A DNA stretch of 64,000 nucleotides from an uncultured Candidatus Rokubacteria bacterium (lineage in GTDB: Bacteria; Methylomirabilota; Methylomirabilia; Rokubacteriales; DASRDR01). Under the pieces are notes generated by a model. The model saw only the letters and a program-made list of their open reading frames with translations. It was not told the DNA's origin and did no database searches. Where the stretch lies: the NCBI GenBank assembly GCA_963826115.1, contig CAWGVS010000005.1, forward strand, positions 1,600,001 through 1,664,000, given 5' to 3'. Below, one piece after another: positions 58,853 to 64,000 of the stretch. A program made the translations under genes and the position numbers. Within the stretch, counting starts at the first letter, position 1. Each line of letters opens with the position of its first letter.

Positions 58853-60006
58853 GCCCGGGGCCCCGCTGACACGGTCGAGCTCTCGAGCCGCTCGACGCCG
58901 AACGGCGCGAGCGCGGCCGGGGGCGAGCCGCCCGCGATCCACTCCGCCAGGTGATGGGCCGTCGCGGGCGCGAGCAGCACGCCGTTCCTGAAGTGTCCGG
59001 TCGCGACGTAGAGCCCGCGCGTCGACGCCGGGCCGATCACCGGCAGGTGATCGCGCACGGCCGGCCGGAAGCCAACCGACAGCTCGCTGACCGCCAGGTC
59101 GTAGACGCCCGGGAGAATGCGCCACGCCTCCCGGAGCAGGTCCAGCACCGCGCCGGCCATCGGCCGCGCGTCGAGCCCCTGCTCCTCCATCGTGGCGCCG
59201 ACCAGGAGCTCCCCGCCGCGGCGCGGCACGAGGTACACGTCCGGCGAGCGCACGACGTGGTGGATCAGCTCGGGGCCGGCGAGGCGCACCAGCTGCCCCT
59301 TCACGGGGCGGAGCCCAAGCGTCGGCACGGGCGCGTCCACGTCCTCGCTCCAGACGCCGCTCGCCAGGACGGCCGCCTCGCACGCCACGCGGAACGGGCG
59401 GTCCCCGGCCATCCCGGACACCGCGGCGACGGCGCCTGCCGCGTGCTCGACCCGCGTCACGCGGCACCCCGTCACGACCGTCCCGCCCAGGCGCGCGATC
59501 GCGGCGGCGAGGGCCCCGGCGAGCGCGCGAGGATCGACCTGGTGGTCCCCCTCGGCGAGGAGCCCCGCGACGATCCGACCCGAGAGATGGGGCTCTCGCT
59601 CCAGCACCTCGTCCGCCGACAGCCGGTACGCGTCGAATCCCTTGGCGCGCTGCATGGCGAAGAGGCGCTCGAGGTCGCCGTCCTGGTCGCGGTTCAGCGC
59701 GACCCACAGCGTCCCCTCGGTCCGGAGGCCGCACGACTGCCCCGTCAGGCCCTCGACGCCCGCGACGAACTCCGGGTAGCGCGCGAGGCTCTCGAGCTCC
59801 AGCGCGACGAGCGCCCGCTCGGTCAGGTCGGCCTCCGACGTCGGCGCGAGCATGCCCGCCGCCGCGTGCGTCGCGACGCCCTCGAGGTCGCCGCGGTCCA
59901 GCACGAGGACCTGGCGGCCCCGGCGGCCGAGCTCGTACGCCACCGCGAGGCCGACCACGCCCCCGCCGACGACGACGATCTCGCTCCGGTCGGTCAGCGG
60001 GCTCAT
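58849..60006 (-). CDS. thiO: Glycine oxidase
   Basis: [39 protein letters not shown]. Confidence 0.93.
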   Translation of the reverse strand: MSPLTDRSEIVVVGGGVVGLAVAYELGRRGRQVLVLDRGDLEGVATHAAAGMLAPTSEADLTERALVALELESLARYPEFVAGVEGLTGQSCGLRTEGTLWVALNRDQDGDLERLFAMQRAKGFDAYRLSADEVLEREPHLSGRIVAGLLAEGDHQVDPRALAGALAAAIARLGGTVVTGCRVTRVEHAAGAVAAVSGMAGDRPFRVACEAAVLASGVWSEDVDAPVPTLGLRPVKGQLVRLAGPELIHHVVRSPDVYLVPRRGGELLVGATMEEQGLDARPMAGAVLDLLREAWRILPGVYDLAVSELSVGFRPAVRDHLPVIGPASTRGLYVATGHFRNGVLLAPATAHHLAEWIAGGSPPAALAPFGVERLESSTVSAGPRA

Positions 60007-60653
60007 CCCACTCGGACCCCCAGCCACGCGTCGACCGCCTCACGGAACTTGCGCGCCGCCGCCGCGGGGTCCGGCTGGCACACCACGGCCGAGATCACCG
60101 CGACGCCGTAGGCGCCGGCGTCGAGGAGCACGCCCACCTGATCGGCCGTGACGCTCCCGATCGCGATCACGGGCTTGGTCAGCGCCGTCACGATCGCCCG
60201 GAACCCGTCGACACCGAGGGCCGCCGCGGGATTCGCCTTGGAACGGGTGCCGAAGACCGGGCCGACCCCGAGGTAGTCGACGTCGGCCGCGGCCACCCGA
60301 AGCGCCTCGTCGAGGCTGTTGGCCGTGCCGCCGATGAGCGCGTGCGGCCCCAGCAGGCGGCGGGCCGTTCCGACGTCGACGTCGTCGCGGCCGAGGTGAA
60401 CCGCCCGGACGCCGGCGGCCGCCGCCACGTCGACGCGGTCATTCACCACGAGCGCGACCGGCAATCCCTCGAGGGCGCGCCGCGCGGCCACCGCGGTCTC
60501 GATCAGCGCGCGCGTCGTCCACGGGCGCTTCTCACGGAGCTGGATCACGTCGGCGCCGCCCGCGGCTGCCAGCCGCGCCAGCTCGACGTGGGAGAACCGG
60601 TCCTGGAGGGTCGCGTCGGTGATCACGTGGATTCGGCCGAGGATCGGCTTCAC
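60003..60653 (-). CDS. thiE: Thiamine-phosphate synthase
   Basis: QLREK, NDRVD, VHLG.DD, DYLGVGPVF.T.SK. Confidence 0.92.
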   Translation of the reverse strand: MKPILGRIHVITDATLQDRFSHVELARLAAAGGADVIQLREKRPWTTRALIETAVAARRALEGLPVALVVNDRVDVAAAAGVRAVHLGRDDVDVGTARRLLGPHALIGGTANSLDEALRVAAADVDYLGVGPVFGTRSKANPAAALGVDGFRAIVTALTKPVIAIGSVTADQVGVLLDAGAYGVAVISAVVCQPDPAAAARKFREAVDAWLGVRVG

Positions 60654-61495
60654 CGACCCGCCTCCGAGCCGCTGAGCCGACGGACCCAGCGCTCGCACTC
60701 GCCGGGATGCCGGAGGTAGAAGAAGTGGTCCGTGGGGCCAACCCCCTGGCCGACCGGGAGGCCCGCGCGGATCGCCTCGGTGACGTAGGCCTTCGCGCGG
60801 ACGATCGCGTCCTCGAGGGACCGTCCGTGGGCGAGCTGGGTGGCAATCGCCGCCGAGAAGGTGCAGCCGGTGCCGTGCGTGTGGCGCGCGTCGACGCGCT
60901 CCCCCGGAAACGCCCGCACCCCCTCGCCGGTGACCAGGACGTCCGTCGCCGTGCCCTCCTCGAGGTGGCCGCCCTTGACGAGCACCGCCCGCGAGCCCGC
61001 CGCGACCAGGAGGCGGCCGACCTCCTCCGCGTCGGCCAGCGTACGCACCTCCATCCCCGTGAGCGCGCGGGCCTCGTGCACGTTAGGCGTGACGAGCGTG
61101 GCCAGCGGCAGGAGCAGCTCCGTCAGGGCGGTGATGGCGTCCGGGCGGAGGAGCGGGAAGCCCGTCTTCGAGATCATCACCGGGTCGAGGACGTAGTGCG
61201 GCGGGCGGTGGTCCCGGAGGATCTTGGCGACCGTCTCGATCACCGGCGCCGACGCGAGCATGCCCGACTTGACCGCGGCGACCCGGAGGTCGCCGAACAC
61301 GGCATCCGCCTGGGCCCGGATCAGGTCGAGGTCGATCTCGGCCGCGGCGGTCACGCCCCGCGTGTTCTGGGCGGTGATCGCCGTGATGACGGAGGCGCCG
61401 TAGCCGCCGTTCGCGGAGATCGCCTTCAGGTCGGCCTGGATGCCCGCTCCGGCGGAGGAGTCCGAGCCTGCGATGGTGAGGACTGTCGGGATCAT
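60650..61495 (-). CDS. thiD: Hydroxymethylpyrimidine/phosphomethylpyrimidine kinase
   Basis: TIAGSDS.AGAGIQAD, DPVM, TPN..EA, KGGH, THGTGC. Confidence 0.95.
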   Translation of the reverse strand: MIPTVLTIAGSDSSAGAGIQADLKAISANGGYGASVITAITAQNTRGVTAAAEIDLDLIRAQADAVFGDLRVAAVKSGMLASAPVIETVAKILRDHRPPHYVLDPVMISKTGFPLLRPDAITALTELLLPLATLVTPNVHEARALTGMEVRTLADAEEVGRLLVAAGSRAVLVKGGHLEEGTATDVLVTGEGVRAFPGERVDARHTHGTGCTFSAAIATQLAHGRSLEDAIVRAKAYVTEAIRAGLPVGQGVGPTDHFFYLRHPGECERWVRRLSGSEAGR

Positions 61496-61497
61496 GT

Positions 61498-61585
61498 GCG
61501 CTCCCTACGCCGGCATTACCCGGGTCAGGTTCAACGGGTATGTTCTCAGGCTCGGCCGCGCGGACCGAACCACCCCGGACTGCTG
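61498..61585 (-). ncRNA. TPP riboswitch
   Basis: Minus strand GGGGTG...CTGAGA..ATACCC...ACCTGACCCGGGTAATGCCGGCGTAGGGA immediately upstream of the thiD ATG. Confidence 0.93.
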
Positions 61586-61772
61586 CTCTGATGATAACGC
61601 AGGCCTGGCGGCGCGCAAGAGCGCGGCGGGAAGCGTATCTCGGTCCGTCGCCTTGACGCCGCCGCCGGTCGCTCGGCGGCGGCGTCAGGCTCCGGACGGG
61701 GAAGGGCGGCGTGTCCGGCCTGCGTGCGAGTGGTGGAGCAGGCGCAGCCGCGCCGAACCGGCCGGATCTCGG

Positions 61773-63746
61773 CTACGAGCCGATCACCCCGCCGTCCACC
61801 TTGGTGATCGCCACCACCGACGGGCGTGGAGGCACGCCCGCGTTGAAGTCTGGCCAGCGGGTCGTCGGCTTCTCGAACGTCGAGCCCTTCTCGTCGCCCG
61901 GATGCTGGACTGCCACGAACAGGGTCTTATCGTCGGGCGTGAAGAACGGCCCGCACAGCTCGGAGCCCCGCGGCGTGCGGAGGAAGTGCCTGGTGAGCGC
62001 CCGGCCGTTGCCGACCATGTCGGTGCCCCACAAACCGTCGGCAAAGCCCGCGGCGCTGGGGGCCCCGTCCGTGGCGATCCACAGGCGCCCGCGGCTGTCC
62101 ACGGCGCAGTTGTCTGGGCACGACAGCCAGCCGTTCTCCGTCACCTCGGAATGGTACTTTGCGCCGTCCTCGGGCTTCTTCGGATCGCCCGCCAGCAGCA
62201 GGATGTTCCAGCGGAACTTGAGGGCGGCGTGGTCGGCGTCGGCGCCGCCGCCCGGCGGCACGAGCTCGACGACGTGGCCATGCTTGTTCTTGGCGCGCGG
62301 GTTGGGTCCGTCCACCTTCTCCTGGGTGCGACTGGTGTTGTTCGTCAGGATCAGAATGACGGTGCCCGTCACCGGGTTGGGCTCGACGTCCTCCGGCCGA
62401 TCCATCGGCGTGGCCCCGAGAAGGTCCCCCGCGCGGCGCGCCTCGATCAGAACGTCCGCCTGGCTGTTGAAGCCCTTATCCGGCGTCAGTGGCCCGGCGC
62501 CCCACACCAGCGGCAGCCAGGTCAGCGTGCCGTCGGCGTCGAACCGCGCGACGAACAAGGTGCCCGAGTCGAGAATGTCCCTGTTGGCCGCGCGGTTATC
62601 CGGATCGAAGCGCCGGTCGGAGATGAACTTGTAGAGATAGTCGAATCGCTCGTCGTCACCGGAATAGGCCACGACCCGACCGTCCTTGTTGATGATCGTG
62701 TTGGCACCCTCGTGCTTGAAGCGTCCCATCGCGGTGCGCTTCACCGGGACGGACAGGGGGTCGTAGGGGTCGAACTCGACCATCCAACCGTAGCGATTGG
62801 GCTCGTTGGGCTCTTTCGCGACGACCAGGCGGTCGTGGTAGCGGTGCCAGCCGTACCAGCTGACCTTGGGTAGACCGTAGCGCTTGTGATTGGCGGCTTC
62901 CTTGGTGCCGGCGCCGTCCCCGCTGAAGTAGCCGTTGAAGTTCTCCTCGGCAGTCATCACCGTGCCCCACTGGGTGATCCCGCCGGCACAGTTGTTGAGG
63001 GTACCGACGACCCGCGTGGCGGTCGGGTCGGCCGAGGTCTTCAGCCGATCGTGTCCCGCTGCCGGGCCCGCGACGCGCATCTCGCTCGTCGATGCGGTAA
63101 TCCGCCGAGCGTAGCGGCTGTTCGGCACCACCGTCCACTTGCCGCCCTCTCGCTTCACCTCGATGACCGAGAGCCCGTGGGCGGCCATCTCGACATCGAC
63201 CTGCTCGCGGGTCAGCGCGTCGTTGAAGTCCTTCTCCGGCAATCCCGGGAACATCAGATCGGTGTTGGTGTATTCGTGGTTGATCACCAGCAGCCCGTGG
63301 TCCGAGTTCTTCGATCCGGCCGGCAGGGGGAGGTATCCGATGAAATCGTTGTTGTAGCCGAACTGCTTCATCTGAGCGCCGACCGTCTGCCGCATCGGGT
63401 CGAACGGGATCGCGCCACCTTCAACCGGATCGCCCCACCGAATCAGGACGGTCTGATCGTAGCCCTCGGCGACGTGGAATCGCTCGTCGTTACCGTGGGG
63501 CAGTTCCTTGAACGTCAGGCTGGAAGCCTGGGCGAGAGCGTCCCACCCGCCGATACGAGACACGCCGACTGCCGCCGCCACTGCGGAGACGCCCCTCAAG
63601 AAATCTCGGCGGTTGAAGCGGGCTTCGACGACCTCCTGGAACGTCGCGCGCTCGTCGACGACCGGGTTGGAATGGACGCCCTCGTCGTTGAACGGGCGCG
63701 TCCCCTGGGCTAGGCTCTTCCCGCCTTCGGCGGTCTGCTGCGGCAT
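61773..63746 (-). CDS. phoX: Tat-exported PhoX alkaline phosphatase
   Basis: NRRDFL Tat motif; GYNND, NHEY, NNCAGG.T.WGT..TAEEN, GRFKHE, MDRPED, PDN, E.CG, QHPG. Confidence 0.93.
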   Translation of the reverse strand: MPQQTAEGGKSLAQGTRPFNDEGVHSNPVVDERATFQEVVEARFNRRDFLRGVSAVAAAVGVSRIGGWDALAQASSLTFKELPHGNDERFHVAEGYDQTVLIRWGDPVEGGAIPFDPMRQTVGAQMKQFGYNNDFIGYLPLPAGSKNSDHGLLVINHEYTNTDLMFPGLPEKDFNDALTREQVDVEMAAHGLSVIEVKREGGKWTVVPNSRYARRITASTSEMRVAGPAAGHDRLKTSADPTATRVVGTLNNCAGGITQWGTVMTAEENFNGYFSGDGAGTKEAANHKRYGLPKVSWYGWHRYHDRLVVAKEPNEPNRYGWMVEFDPYDPLSVPVKRTAMGRFKHEGANTIINKDGRVVAYSGDDERFDYLYKFISDRRFDPDNRAANRDILDSGTLFVARFDADGTLTWLPLVWGAGPLTPDKGFNSQADVLIEARRAGDLLGATPMDRPEDVEPNPVTGTVILILTNNTSRTQEKVDGPNPRAKNKHGHVVELVPPGGGADADHAALKFRWNILLLAGDPKKPEDGAKYHSEVTENGWLSCPDNCAVDSRGRLWIATDGAPSAAGFADGLWGTDMVGNGRALTRHFLRTPRGSELCGPFFTPDDKTLFVAVQHPGDEKGSTFEKPTTRWPDFNAGVPPRPSVVAITKVDGGVIGS

Positions 63747-63811
63747 GGTTCCCTCCAGTGGTGTTGGCTGAGACGTCCCAAGAGCTGGCCCTCTACGCTT
63801 AGCGAAACTTC

Positions 63812-63839
63812 GTGACCGGATGTTTGCACATCGATGACA
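63812..63839 (-). promoter_or_regulatory. Pho-box-like repeats upstream of phoX
   Basis: Minus strand tgtcat-N5-tgcaaa-N5-ggtcac, 11-bp period. Confidence 0.65.
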
Positions 63840-64000
63840 CTCTGATCTCGCTCCCCTTCCCGGGCTCCTCGCGGAAGCCTTCGCTCACCCCGGGCGACAC
63901 GTGACCATGCACGGTCTCGCGGGTCGGTTCGGATCGACGGCAGGAACGCGCGACGGACAAGTCCCCTGAGCGCGAACCCCGGCAGCGTCGCGCAACCTTC

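Overview
High-GC, gene-dense bacterial chromosomal segment. The style resembles Candidatus Rokubacteria/Methylomirabilota, but that is only an inference. It is dominated by phosphate-starvation functions: phoB-phoR, a second phoB, pstSCAB-phoU, ppx-ppk1, phnCED with a phosphonate-associated Zn dehydrogenase, a PhnZ-like HD oxygenase and phoX. Many promoters carry 11-bp-phased (C/T)GT(A/C)A(C/T) repeats that resemble Pho boxes. The same repeats precede unexpected operons (hydrolase + GH3 amido synthetase; GT4 + aminotransferase/Mpo1-like fusion + phospholipid methyltransferase; ANTAR-PHP-GT4), which suggests uncharacterised phosphorus-free lipid remodelling. The window also holds vitamin B6 (pdxR-pdxS-pdxT) and thiamine genes (two TPP riboswitches), transporters, a xanthine-dehydrogenase-family enzyme, a membrane-anchored P450, and a KamA + double ATP-grasp cluster. 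The most unusual item is an ECF sigma factor operon whose putative anti-sigma is a ZAS-Ogt-Ada(Zn) fusion, followed by a haloacetate dehalogenase. There are three gene relics (sthA, PHP, pgaC) and five single-base frameshifts that look like assembly errors. No CRISPR array, rRNA, tRNA or intact mobile element was seen.
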